Source of the DNA: Fistulifera solaris | Lineage: Eukaryota | Direction: 5' to 3' | NCBI GenBank assembly: GCA_030295235.1 | Contig: AP026143.1 | Coordinates: 1-64,000, forward strand | Length of the DNA: 64,000 bases | Shown here: positions 11,759-24,486 of the stretch, one piece after another | Layout: each line of letters opens with the position of its first letter | Position numbering within the stretch: the first letter of the stretch is position 1 | Made by a program: the position numbers and the translations under genes | Notes under the pieces: model-generated | Told to the model about the DNA's origin: nothing | The model's database searches: none | The model's input: the letters and a program-made list of their open reading frames with translations, nothing else

Positions 11759-12802
11759 TGATCGATGGTTGATTGTTGATGAATCATTTGGGGGGAATAA
11801 AAGCTTGTAAAGAGTAAAACTCATTGTTTTCTTTTGTAACTTCAGCTTTTCTAGAAATTCGTGCACAGAGACACTAACCGGCTGTAGCAACAGTCCATCG
11901 ACCAATGTCATGACAACGGAATGAACCGGTTCAAAGCAAGACGACCAAAATTTGCCCCATACGAGAAAAGAAAGTGCGGCTTCATAAAGAAGGACGAGCT
12001 CGTACACCGTGTAGCGTACACGGAGAATTAGGATTTCGAAAAATCTCAATTGACTTGCGCTTTCGCGTCAGTCAATCGAATTCCATCGGTCCCCATTTTT
12101 TCATCTTGTGATAACCGTTTCCAGGAGTGCCCCGAGATTGTCTGCCGCGAACGATTTCAAAATAATCGCCGACTTTTGAAAAGCTTGACTACGCGATCAT
12201 CAATGTGAATTCCACATGCCATCCATTTAGGAAAATACTACGTAGATAGACGCAGGTACATGCTCCTGTCACTTTCGTTCAGTAGATTGCTGTTTGCTGT
12301 TCGACAATGGGACATTCCGAAGAAATCATGCAAGCCATCTAAAATCAATAGGTCTTCACTGGATACGTAAATCCACCCCATTCCTTTCAGAAATAGAAAA
12401 CAATCATGACAGTAACGATTCTTAATCGATTAACCGGATGAATGCTTCACAAGCGTGTTCGACATCATTTCCAAGCGAGTGCTTCACTTATCTTAAATTA
12501 TGTAGAAGCAGAAGGAGAAGGAGACGGAGAAGTGAAGAGTCAATATATGAATTGAAAGCATCGGTTTCTTTATTGCGCTACAAGTAAAAGCGGGGCTATG
12601 TGACTCTTGCCGGCTGACGTCACATGAGGTATTCATACAAGACTCGCTTGTGCAGTAGAACGTTTTACGGAGTATTCTTTTATCGCCGCAATGATCGATT
12701 GCTGAACATCATCGAGGGATTGAATGATTGTTACCAGCACAGTACCTGGTATTCTTTGTTGCGCTTGCCGTTTCTCCTTTCCTTTGTATCCTTGCTATAG
12801 CA

Positions 12803-13614
12803 ATGAGTGGCTCTTATGAAGACTACGAACGGGTAAGAAATCAATGTTACGTGCGTGCGGCAAGTGAAATATTTTTTTCTAGCTCAAAGAGAATATTTAT
12901 TATTCGTGTTTGTTATATGTAACTTGTTCGCATCTCTTTGTTTTCTTTCACTTTACAGAAAGTGGTATTTAATCCTTTGTTTTCTTTCATTCTTTTGTTC
13001 TCTGGTACTAGGAATACAATGCCCATTTAGCCCGCATTCGCAGTTTCCTTGCGGGCACCCGCAATCGATCGACCTTGTCGGAATGCGATCGTCTCCTCCA
13101 AATGGCACAACAATGCGCGACGGCCATGAATGGTTTAGCGCAAGTGGAAGGAAATGCAATGCGGATTCGTGAAACGGCGGCGTTGACGCAACGGGATTTA
13201 GCGCCTCTCAAGAAAGAAATTCAGCGGGCCTTGCAAGCCACGGGACGAGACGAATTGATGGGGAGTGTCGAACTACAAAGCAGTCAAAATCATTATCATG
13301 ATGTGGAAGTACTTATAAGTAGTTCCGATGAAATGTTACGAGAATCACAAATGTTGTTGGCGGAGACGGAAGAAATTGGGACACGGACATTGCATCAAAT
13401 GGGACGGCAACGAGAGCAGTTGGAACATTCGCGAGATTCTTTGCAAGCGTTGCAAGAAACGGCGAATCAAGCCAAACGAATTTTGATGGATATGAGTCGG
13501 AGGGCCTTTCGCAGTCGACTGGCACTGCATGCTATGATTGGAATGTTGATTCTGGCCAATTTGTATGTATTGCGCTTGATCTATCAAAAGCATCATCCTT
13601 CGAAACAGCCATGA
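12803..13614 (+). CDS. VTI1: Qb-SNARE, Vti1-like vesicle transport protein
   Basis: Exon MSGSYEDYER (12803-12832), intron 12833-13011, in-frame EYNAHL. SNARE motif ESQMLLAETEEIGTRTLHQMGRQREQL and a C-terminal TM helix. Confidence 0.8.
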
Positions 13615-13717
13615 GCTCCGAAAAGTCTCTTTGACTGATTATGGTTGGATAGATCTTCAATGGTAGTATTAGTAATTTATTGTTTTTTCACGTCACTTTA
13701 CTAATAAGCTTTGCCAT

Positions 13718-16700
13718 TTACAAAACACCCACAAAGTAGCGTTGGTACCGATCGTACCAGTCCGTTCGCCAGTTTTCAATACTATCGTCGACCAAGCTGT
13801 GCACGTATTCACGACACGCCCGATCGTTGAGATCCAAGCGGAAGCGATCCCGCATTTCTTGAATGGCCAGGTCCGGTTGACCGCGGAAACACTTCAACTC
13901 TTCGTTGCCAATTTTCAACATTTCCACCAAGAGAATCAATTCCATGCAGTGTCGTCGGAGCGCAATGAAGGTTTTAACGCACAATTCACGGTACACTCGG
14001 AACAAGTGACTGTTGGGACCATCCAGTAGCTCGACGAATTCGCGTGTGAGCTTAAATGGGGCACTTTCGAAGCCCGCATTCTTACCGGGAGAACTCAAAA
14101 GAAGAAACCAAAATCAATGTGAATGAGGTGTCCACGGTTGGTCAAGAGAATGTTACCATTGTGACGGTCCTTGAGTTGTAACACGAAACAAACAATGCTG
14201 TAGGCAGCGAGACTTTCGACAAAATTGGCTTTGGCATCGGCTAGCTCCTCGGGCTCGGTGAAATGCGAATGGAAGAACCCACGAAGGCTAGTGTAGCGCG
14301 AATCGTTCTTTTTTAAGGAATCCAAGCTGATCGTGTCGGGAATCGCCTCAATAATACCACCATTTTCAGTCAACGCCAGAATTTCGTAATTGTACAACCA
14401 AACAGATACTTTTTCGCGGGCAAGAATAACTGCCATTTTGTAAATCAGCTGCGCTGCTAATTGCTCCTGTCGTAAGTCATCGTTTGACTTTACTAGCACC
14501 GGTAATAACCTCCATCCTGGATGTGATCCGTACGCAGATGAGTCTCGTATACGTTTCTCTTTGGCCTTCCAGTCTTCACGAAAGACTACCGGTGGGCCAC
14601 TAGCTGACTTGTCGGTTGATTTGGAATTTGATTTCGTTTCGTGGTTATTCGCCACCGAAGAGAGACCAGATGTGTTGATTTTTTCCACTTCGGACGAGTC
14701 GGATCCATACCGGAGTCGACCTTGTTCCAATCGGTCAAAATCTGTTTCAATCCGACGCTTAAAGCCGGCCAGTGTCGTGTTATCCGTTTTTTCTCCTTTT
14801 TCTTCGGATTCGTGACCCTGAGGGGAGGACCATTGTCCCATGGAAATAATCGATGCCCCGCTATCACTACGAGAAAAACTACGGTTGTTTTTGGGACCCG
14901 TCACATGGTTATCCCGTATCGAGGCTGGTTCTTCGACAACAGTCGCGGCATTCTGGGGTGACCCATTGAGTGAGTAATGTCTGACGAACGGCTCATTCAA
15001 ATATTGCGCTTCTTCCGAGAATGTTCGATCTCTATATAACTGCAGTTGATCTTGAACCACCTGTACATTGCTTTGCACGGTTGCGCTAACTTTGTGCAGA
15101 AACGGGGACCGTCGGTGTGGATTTCGTTTTGTATTGCGCCAAGCTTCCACCAACTGAAAAAAATTGAGGCAATGTACTTGCTTATAAATATCAATCAGAA
15201 CTACCACTTGCACGCTTACCTCGGCCTCAGTCCAATCTTCAGAAGAATGCACTCTACTAATGGGTGTACCAGAAACGTCCTCACGGCGCTGCACACGGGC
15301 CAACAAATTACCCCATGGAAGACGTCGACCGTTCTCTCTTCTTCGTTTATGGATATCGTAATCAATGACTTCGAGACAGACGATACAAGGAACGCGTTCC
15401 TTCGTACTCAAGGCCAACGATTCCGAGGCCACAATCCTCCATACACAATGTCGGTGCTGTCCCAACGGAACATAAATCATGTTGGATGGTAACAGATCGC
15501 ATTCCAACTGCTGCAGCCGCTCTCGCAAAACAGTCTTTCGATTTTCACGGGGAACTCCGAACAACTCATCCGCAATCAGTAACAATGAATCCATGAAATG
15601 AATTGTTCGGTCAAACGCATCGTTGGATGAGTGTACGAGTTCCGTGACCGGCGTAAATCCATGCCTCCGCGGGGCTGCGAGGGTTTGGTAATGACGTAGG
15701 GAAGGCTCATTCGTCGGAGGTCGTCGCGGAATCAAATCACGGTTTGCAGCTTCTTCTATAGAAGCAGCCGACCGCCCCGGAACGAAATCACGTGCCATCA
15801 TACCACCATCCATGGAGCTTTTCTGCCAACGACAGGGAATCCTGTCGCGCGATTTCCGGAAACGTTTCGTCGTGCGCATGTTCCATATCGTAAGCCGCCG
15901 TATTTCCACCTTCTTTCACACGTTCTAATAATCGTTCAATCATCTGCAACTCTTCAGGTAGAAGTTGTTTGCCATTCGGTGCCGCAACTTTTCGCGTTGG
16001 ATTACAATCCTGTAAATAATAGGATGGCGATGATGGCTCATCGAGATACGGTGGCGAGGATGGAGAATGCTTTAACCGATTTTCACTGTTACTCCGAGAC
16101 GGCAATCGTGGTCGCGCTGGAGCTTGAAGACACCAAGCACGTAAAAACCAAAAGCAGCGATGCGCGAATTCCAAGTGCGTTGAGCACTTCTCCAAGATCC
16201 AAGTCTCCAACTGTGGCGATGAATACAATGCCCCGTGCAACAAAAACGACAATAACTGGGGAACAAAAAGGTTAAAGCGGCCCCATCATCTTTTTCAAAA
16301 ATGGCATCGAGTTTGCCGTTACTCAAAACGTCCTCGTAGGCAAATAACAACAACATGACACGGAATGGCGTCAAGGTCGTCTCTTTGTTGCTCGTATTGT
16401 TCGAGTGTTCCGAGTTTGCTATAATACGTGCCGTAAAATCATCCAAGCGTGCCGTCCATTCTGTTTTGGCTCGTCTCAACCGTGTGCGCACTTCTCCAAC
16501 AAAATCGTTCATTGCATGCATCAAATCATTGTCATCGGAAAGATGCAGTTCCATCCCCGGCCCCGTTCGCAGTGTATAATACAAGGAAGGCCGATGTTGT
16601 GCTTCTCGCAACGGCCAATAATATTGCGGCGCCGAACTGCGAACATGCCAAAACATGACAACATGACACGCCGTCGAAACCAGCGTCGCAATTAATACCC

Positions 16701-17149
16701 ACCAAACCCGTCGTAATTCGTGCAAATGATCGATGCTGTCACTCCCACCCATCGGATGAAACGGTAATATCGCTTCTAAAGAAGCTGGATTCGTAAAACA
16801 CAATAACAGCATGTGCATTATGACGGCCGATAACGTGCCGGCGTACAATACAGGATACCATGACGAACAGCGAATTGCCGTGCCCGTATACGAATGAAAC
16901 AACAGCGGCAGACACAGCAATGCTATCCGTGTGTAAGCGAGAAGTATCAGATAATAAATATGATACACCGCTGTAATCAAAAGGAGAAGAAGCATGAGAA
17001 GGAAGAAGATTCATGCGCATTCAACACAAGTTTCTCAACGCACCGCGATCATCTTCGCTACTAAAATATTCGTGCCTTCTGATCTGATGTAACCAGAGTA
17101 TTGATGCATCGGATAAGAAAGCCGTCAAGGCAGGTAATAAAAATGGCAT
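13718..17149 (-). CDS. Type III phosphatidylinositol 4-kinase (PI4K-beta/Pik1-like) with a hydrophobic N-terminal extension
   Basis: Kinase motifs VKSNDDLRQEQLA, LKDRHNGNIL, HIDFGF, FESAPFKLT; helical region LLHGALYSSPQLETWIL...FAHRCFWFL; STKERVP. Intron ~15154-15219 and several frameshifts. The start is uncertain. Confidence 0.88.
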
Positions 17150-18263
17150 TATAATGAACAAGAACGAGAGAAAGGAATGCAAAAGTCATTTGTCTCGCAT
17201 CATGGTGTTTTTTCGTTTTTAAGTTTTTCGTCACGTTTCGGAGGCGGCAAGGACGCGACGACCTCGTCCGCATCCACGAACCAGCCCGTCCGGGACGCCG
17301 GCGTGTCCGTTGAGAGTGAGTAACTACATTTTATGTGACACCGGCTCTCCCAGAACTATGTAGGAAAACTGCAACAAGTACACACAATACGATAGACATT
17401 ATCCGTTGGTTCTACGCCCGCCAAGAACGGCGGGTCGGCGGCGGTTGCCATAGGCAAGGTTATGAATCTAAATAATGGACATTTAGATTCATAGCCATGG
17501 CGAGCTCTTTAATCAAAGACTAATTTTCTTGTTAGGTCGCGTCGATGCTCCATTCGACTGTTTCAATATTTTCATGGCGGGTAACATGATTGTATCTCCC
17601 TTTATAATATTTACTCTCCAGCGCTTGATGTTCCAAAGTCAGCAGTTTTCTTTCCTTTCAAATGAAAATATAGACTTGCCGGTTGAAATAACAGTGAGAG
17701 AGAGCATAGAAAGCATGCATCGCCCTTTGCCTCCTGCCTTTTCAGTTAAGGCGATCGACCGCCCTAATGATGATTCACGTTTCTTCGCGATTGAAAAACC
17801 CTCTCTAGAGAGGCGCGGCGCGGCGCACAGCGAGAAGCGGCTAAAGAAGCTAAACGCGAAACAAGTCCCTGGCGCATAACAATTAGTTGCTATACCAGAA
17901 AAAGTACCAGAACGTGACGCGTGACAACTCGTGAAAACCATTTTCTCTTTCTACTTATGCCAAACGAAGAAAGCGCCATCCAAAAGACCACACGACACTT
18001 TCGTCTATAGGCAGATAAAGTGAGAGTCTGACGACATTGCGAAATACTTATACATGCTTCAGTCACGTGTATCTTGACGGATAAATAGATCAACCAGTGA
18101 GATGACGAAGAACTCACACGTTTGCGCGTTGTTGCGTTCGTCTCTATCGTTCCATGAGCGATGGTAAAGAGCGAAAAGATCATAATATACTTCAATTCTC
18201 GATCTTCTTTGCTGAGTGTCATTATCTTTGTTGCACGTGTGATCCCTGTTACAACGCAATGCA

Positions 18264-19156
18264 ATGACAAGTCATTATTTCCCTCAACAATTACGACACG
18301 CCATCGAGATTGGATCGATCCCCGAAATGGAGGTGATTCAAGTGAAAAACTGGAATCAAGCGGATGGCAGCGGATCGACGCCTCTTTCGATGGCTTGCCG
18401 CTTTGGGCATTTGCATGTTGTCGAGTTTCTGGTCAATCAACATCGCGTCGTCTTAAATGTCTTCGATGTGTGTAAAAAGACGCCCTTGCATGTAGCGAGT
18501 GATCAAGGACACGCGGGTATTGTGGCCTTTTGTTGCAAGCTGGAGCTTCACAGGATATGTGCAATTCACAAGGCGAGACGCCTCTGGTCGCGGCATGCTC
18601 AAAGGGGCATTTGTCTGTTGTGAAACTCCTTCTGCAGCAAGCCAGCGACGAACAAGTGCAAAAAGCCCTCTCAGCGGCATGCTTTAGTTGGAAATCTGGA
18701 TGCATCCATGTCGTTCAGCATATACTCGACCAACGCCATTCGCAGCCCTTACTCAACACCGCCGACGGCCATGGTCGAACGCCGTTATTACAAGTACTGC
18801 GGGCGTGGAAATACTCGAAAGACAACAAGGTGCGCGAAGAAAAGACCGAACTGATGAAATATCTTGTCACCATGGGTGCTACTGTCAATGCCGACACATT
18901 TTTGTATGCCACCAGCTCGGAAAATCAATCCGCCGTTTATTGGATGGTTCGGCATCATCCGGAACTCTGGCAGCCCCTGCGGAGCCTCTTGGGAAACCCC
19001 ACTCCCCGAGGCTGCGAAGACATTGCACGAAGAAAGTCTTCGGAAGAATCATCTCGATGGACTGCTATTTTGAAGAGAGACTCGTTCGACATGTCGCCTT
19101 CTTACCATAGAAGAAGAGGAAGAAGGGGCACTATGAACAATCCGATTGTTCCGTAG
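18264..19156 (+). CDS. Ankyrin-repeat protein
   Basis: Repeats GSTPLSMAC, KKTPLHVAS, GETPLVAAC, GRTPLLQV across two frames, with a frameshift near 18530. The 5' end is uncertain. Confidence 0.8.
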
Positions 19157-19537
19157 TGTAGTAGGACGTTTCGAGGAGTGCTTTTCCAACGACCATTCCT
19201 TCGTAGTTTGGGGTAATTTTGCTTAATATATAATTTAGTTGGATTCAATTGATCGTGTACGTAAATTTCCTAGCTAGTTCTATGGATTTTGCGTACTGTA
19301 GTTGTTTGCGTTCTCTAGCCATTAAAAATTCAAAATTCGAAATAACGAAAGGAACCTGGAATTGTCTAGTCTTGGTGGTTCTTGACTCTAGGACCTCCGC
19401 TGTGGTCCGTCCGTTCTTGTTGTACTGTCTTGAGTCTTGAGTGCCGCTTCAAAACCAGACTACACACTAGCCTACACTAGATGCTGTTTCTCATAATGAA
19501 CAGCTGAGGAATCTGGTATTCAACTTCGTCCCGAAAC

Positions 19538-20936
19538 CAGGCCTCTTTATTTTGGCTTTCGTGACCAAAATACCAAAATAGGTTATTTTGGTCATATTTT
19601 CAAAATTATTTTGGTTTATTTTAGCTTTGTACGTAGAACTACGTAGAAAATGTACCATGAAATCTCGTCACGTAATATTACGGGTGTTGCACAATCACAT
19701 CACTAATAAGAGCATCGCAAACCTCACAAATTCTAAAGCATGTCAAGGAGATTATCAAATTAGTTTCACTGTAAGATAGACTCCAAAGTAAAGTCTGTCA
19801 TAGAACTGGATTGACTGTCTGATTTACTTATTCTTTGAAGTCCAACAAGACAAACGCAGTTCCCGCCATCATCGTTGCAAAGCTACCATAATCCTTCAGA
19901 AGCTCCAATCCAAGGCCCGCACTTTGCAAGAAAATCTCAAACTTATCACTGATGAAGTCTCGGTTTGCATCACTGTGCAGTTGAATTCGAAAGAATGCAG
20001 GCATTTGGCTGCATGTCACCCAGGAGGAAACTGCTTCTCAAACTCCACGAACTGAAGAAGACTCAACTCGTGAATCTAACGCTGCCATTTTGGAATTTCA
20101 CAGTTGAAGATTTTTTCGCTTTAATCTTTTTTCCAAAACACGCCGGCTTTTCTTTCTTCGTCAAATTGTTTTATTCCTCATATGTATTCTGATGTAGGCC
20201 CTCAGCGTGACTAATCAACTAGCTACCGTGCCAATGTTAGAAGCGTCGCAGGTAAAAGCTTTTGCCATCCGTGCTTGCCCTTTAGGCCTTGGGCGACGGA
20301 CTCGGGCAACGGCTTATCGCGTCCACATTAGAGAGAGAATGTGCATGTCACACAGACAGTTTTGTTGCCCTCCATGGCTGTAACTTCAAGGGTGTACGCA
20401 TCCAACCACGACATTTGAAGCTATAGGATCCTTCTGCTTCTTCCTTTTCCGGAACAATCAACCTCATGGCGGAAGATCAATTCAAAACAACTTGGAGAAT
20501 AATGGCAGTCTCCCGGAAAATTTGGTGGGGAAAACTGAGCAAGCAGGCACGAGCACGCAAGCATCCTCCAATTTCAATCTCTTGATTTCACTTAAATCAT
20601 TGAAATTCCCTTCTAACAACGGTTGTGCTATGTTCAAATAGACAAATAGATCACACTCATTTTTGACGTGAGAAAGGGCGCGAAGGTCGAGTGATGTGAT
20701 GGATGCGGCACGCAAAGAACTGTGTCAAAACATTCAATCGCACAGAGACATTCGCGGTGCATTAAAAAGGATAGCAAATCAATTAAAACTATTTCGAAAA
20801 CAACATATGCGCTAAGCAGAAATAGTGGTCAATCACTTGACCAAAAAACCAAAATACCTTATTTTGGTCATATTTTCAAGACTATTTTGGCGAAAAAGCT
20901 ACTATTTTGGTATCTTGACCAAAATAAAGAGGCCTG
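19538..20936. mobile_element. Non-autonomous hAT-type DNA transposon (1399 bp)
   Basis: Perfect 18-bp TIRs CAGGCCTCTTTATTTTGG (19538-19555) and CCAAAATAAAGAGGCCTG (20919-20936). Identical 8-bp TSD CCCGAAAC (19530-19537 and 20937-20944). Multiple subterminal CCAAAATA/TATTTTGG motifs. Confidence 0.92.
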
Positions 20937-21240
20937 CCCGAAACGGGGTCACTCAACGAACGTCACAGCCAAATCAGTATACGACAGGAAGTAGGTTCCC
21001 CATCTGTTTCTCCTTTTCGCCTACGGTCGTTTCTCGACCGAACGGTTTCTTCGCTTTCTGCGGCAGTTCTTCGGTGAAGGAGAAGAAACGAGGAAAAACT
21101 TCGTCTTTCGCGGCAAAACCATTCTTCTCTTTTGACAGCTGTCACAAAAGCATCGCAACCCATCGGAAGTGAAAGATACAATTCGAGTTGTATCATAAAT
21201 TTCATTAAAAACTAAACAAGACTTCAATAACTATCAAAGC

Positions 21241-22664
21241 ATGACCATGGACGCATCTCATCTTCCAGGACTCACCGGCAAGCACGTTAATGTCGCCATG
21301 ATGACCAGCGGTGGACTTGCCCCTTGCCTCTCGTCGAGCATCGCGCATCTTATGATGAGCTGGATTCAAGCTCTCCAGGAAGGCAAGATCTCCGGATTGA
21401 CCTTCCGCATGTACATTGGAGGTTACAAGGGTTTGCTGATTGGTGATTCCTTTGTCGTCCCCGAATCGGAATGGGATATGGTCGATCAACTCAATCAGTT
21501 GGGCGGTTCGCCGATCGGAAATTCTCGTGTCAAGGTAGGAGCACAAATAATTTCTTGCTTTTTGTAAGCGAAGAAGGCAATATCTAAATATCTCACGTTG
21601 TATTCTCCCGCAGTTGACCAACATTGCGGACTGTATCAAACGCGGGTTTGTCCAAGAGGGAGACACACCGTTGGAAGTCGCTTCGCAGACTTTGTTGAAA
21701 GACCAAATTCACGTTCTTCATACGATTGGTGGCGATGATACCAATACACAAGCCGCGCAACTGTCGGCTTATTTGTTGGAGAAGCATCAAGGCAAGGTGA
21801 TTGTCGTCGGTATGCCTAAAAGTAAGTGAATTGAGGTTGACGGGGTCGTTTATCAACATCACTTGAATTTCACATTTCACTTACTGTCCTCTTGTTTTTA
21901 CTACAGCCATTGACAATGATGTATACCCCATCAAACAAACGTTTGGTGCACACACGGCAGCCAGTCAAGGTGCCACTTTCTTCGCCAACGTCGTCAATGA
22001 ATCGACGGCCAATCCACGCATGCTCATTTTGCACGAAGTCATGGGTCGTGATTCGGGATATCTCACAGCGGCCACTGCGCAAAGCTACCGTGAAACATTA
22101 GCGTCGCAACCGATGCATGGTAGTAGCTTCCCTTACTGTGCTCAAAAGGCTCGTGACATTCACGCTATCTGGATTCCGGAAGTCGCCCTTGATTTGCATG
22201 CGGAGGGAGAGCGTTTGAAGAAAATCATGGACACGGTCGGATGCGTCAACGTGTTCTTTGGTGAAGGCACTGGTGTGCAGGAGATTGTGGCTGAAATGAC
22301 CGCTCGGGGAGAAGAGGTGCCTCGTGATGCATTTGGGCATGTTGTGTTGGCCAAGATTAAGCCCGCGGACTATTTCTCGAAACACATTGCCGAAATGGTA
22401 GGCGCCGAAAAGACGTTGGTCCAACGCAGTGGATACTTTGCGAGAAGCGCCGCGGCCGATGCATTCGATCAGGATCTGATCCAAAAGTGTGCTTATGCCG
22501 GAGTCGCCAGTGCCATTGAAGGAGTGTCGGGATGCATGGGACAAGATGAAGAGAGAGGGAACGAAATTCGTGCCATTGAATTTGAACGTATCAAAGGACA
22601 CAAGCCTTTTGATGTTTCGCAGCCGTGGTTCCAACAGATGCTCAAAGAGATTGGACAAATGTAA
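21241..22664 (+). CDS. PFP: Pyrophosphate-dependent phosphofructokinase (PPi-PFK/PFP)
   Basis: TSGGLAPCLS, GGSPIGNSRVK, TIGGDDTN (GGDD is the PPi signature), PKTIDND split by an intron, EVMGRDSGYL. Introns ~21535-21613 and ~21822-21906. Confidence 0.92.
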
Positions 22665-23150
22665 ATCGTAGTTTATATGGCCTAGTTAAAACACAAATTA
22701 TATGAAAGTGAATGGGTTAGTGATCAATGATTGCCGTGTGATTGAGCGATAAGGCGTATTTTGATGCCATGTTTGATGAATGTGCCCTTCCAGAGCAGTT
22801 CGAAAAAGTTTCGCTAACCTTAGGAAATAAGGAAAGATCCTAGTTCGGATCTGTGGAACAGAACTGGAGTGCCGCTAAGGCACGCGTCATAAGTAATGCG
22901 AGCTGGCTGCGTGCTTGTTGAAGATCGTCGCGCAATGAAGGCGACCGCCGTCTTCTTCTTGACTCCGCCTCCACAAAAAAAAAAAAAAAAAAAACATTCT
23001 CCGTTTCACGGAGTTATTCCCATGAATGCAAAAGATCGCGAAACGAAAAGTATCAAGACAAGAAAATGTAATGACGCGTCAACAATCATCAACGTTCGTT
23101 TCTTCCAACGGGGATTCTCAGGTCGTTCGTAAGCCTCTGCGTTATGTGGC

Positions 23151-24486
23151 TTACGAAGGTGACGAGGGATTAGAAGAGTCTTGAGGGTCATCATCGGCGT
23201 GAGGAGCTCTCAGACCTTGTGTTAACGTAGCAATCAACTGCGACTCCCCGTGAAGCGTGTTTTGTTGAGAAAGAGATGACTGAATACCTCGCGAAAGAGG
23301 TATGTGGGGGCTGAAAGCCGAACCTTGCTGCATTTGATTTGCGAGTAGCATTCGAAGAAGCAAGTCGTCGCTTGAGGCCAGAGAACTACCTGCTGTCGAA
23401 GCACCACCTTGGTTTCTTATAGGCCGAAAAGGCGATGATTCTTTGCTTCTCCCATGAAAAGACGTTCATGAAGGGCGGCGCTAGCGTCTCGTTGCTCAAT
23501 TTGTTGCGGCAAGAGCTGGTCTGCTCCCCGAGACAGCAAGCTTGCCTGTGATAGGAAACTGTTACTGATGTCAGTTCCACTAGGCGGCAGAAACGATATT
23601 GCTTGAGCTTGTCTTTGCAAGAGCGGATTCTGTGCAAGGCTTGCCAGTTGCGACAAAAGTAAGGTGCGCCGATGCAGCTCTTGCTCCAACATATCCGTGA
23701 TCTGCTGCCGCCGAATACGCTCCTGCATCTCCAACAACGCGCGCAATTGCGCGGTATCGTCTTGTGGTACAGCTGCATCTCTTGACGCATGTCTGTGCAG
23801 AGCCGCGAGGTCGACGCCGACGTTGACTGGAATACTAGAGAGCTGCTGTAGAAGCTGTTGCTGTAGGGATGCCTGGAGACCAGATGTGCTTTCCAGTTGC
23901 TGTTGTAACATCCGCTGGAGCAATATGTTGTCTTCTCTATCCGGCGATGCGTATGCATTTGTGGAAGTGCCTGATAACCGCTGGGGAGACAGCATGGAAT
24001 TGGGGATCATACTGGGTCGAGGGCTAGATGCTGGGCCACCTGTTCCGTAACTTGAAGCTTGTGATGGTTGGGAAGAAAGAATTGGTGGAGCACCATGCTT
24101 CGCTTCAGGCTGAGGACGCTCTTGTTCGCTTTGATTCAATTCAGGTGAACCGAAACCTCGCTGCTTCGCCTTGTAAGCATCAACCTTTTCATGATACTTC
24201 ATGGTTTCTTCCTCGGCCATCACATTATACTTCTGTCGCTGATCTAGCGGCAGACTCATCCACCGCTTGCTTATTTCTGCCGACATGGCCAAAAAGGACT
24301 CTTCCCAGAGGGGTCTTGGACTTTTCTCGCAGCGCGTTCTTCAAGGTATCTTGTTCTTTCTTCTCTAAAAAAGAGATTGTATGCACTCAGAGGTCGTTTC
24401 GGTTTCTCGGGGGCACTCTCTTCTTGTTTTCTACGCTTTGTTTTGGGTCGGCCATCATCAACAGGCGAAGGTTTTCTGTCCGACAT
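23151..24486 (-). CDS. HMG-box transcription factor with a Gln/Ser-rich C-terminus
   Basis: KPKRPLSAYNLFFREER...ISKRWMSL...KYNVMAEEE. Frameshift near 24290. The 3' end is either 23417 or 23151. Confidence 0.85.

Noticed and set aside
11770..12700. Gene or TE remnant
   Set aside because: No long ORF, family motif or terminal repeats found.
22975..22994. A20 run as a retroposed tail
   Set aside because: No TSD or recognisable element body.
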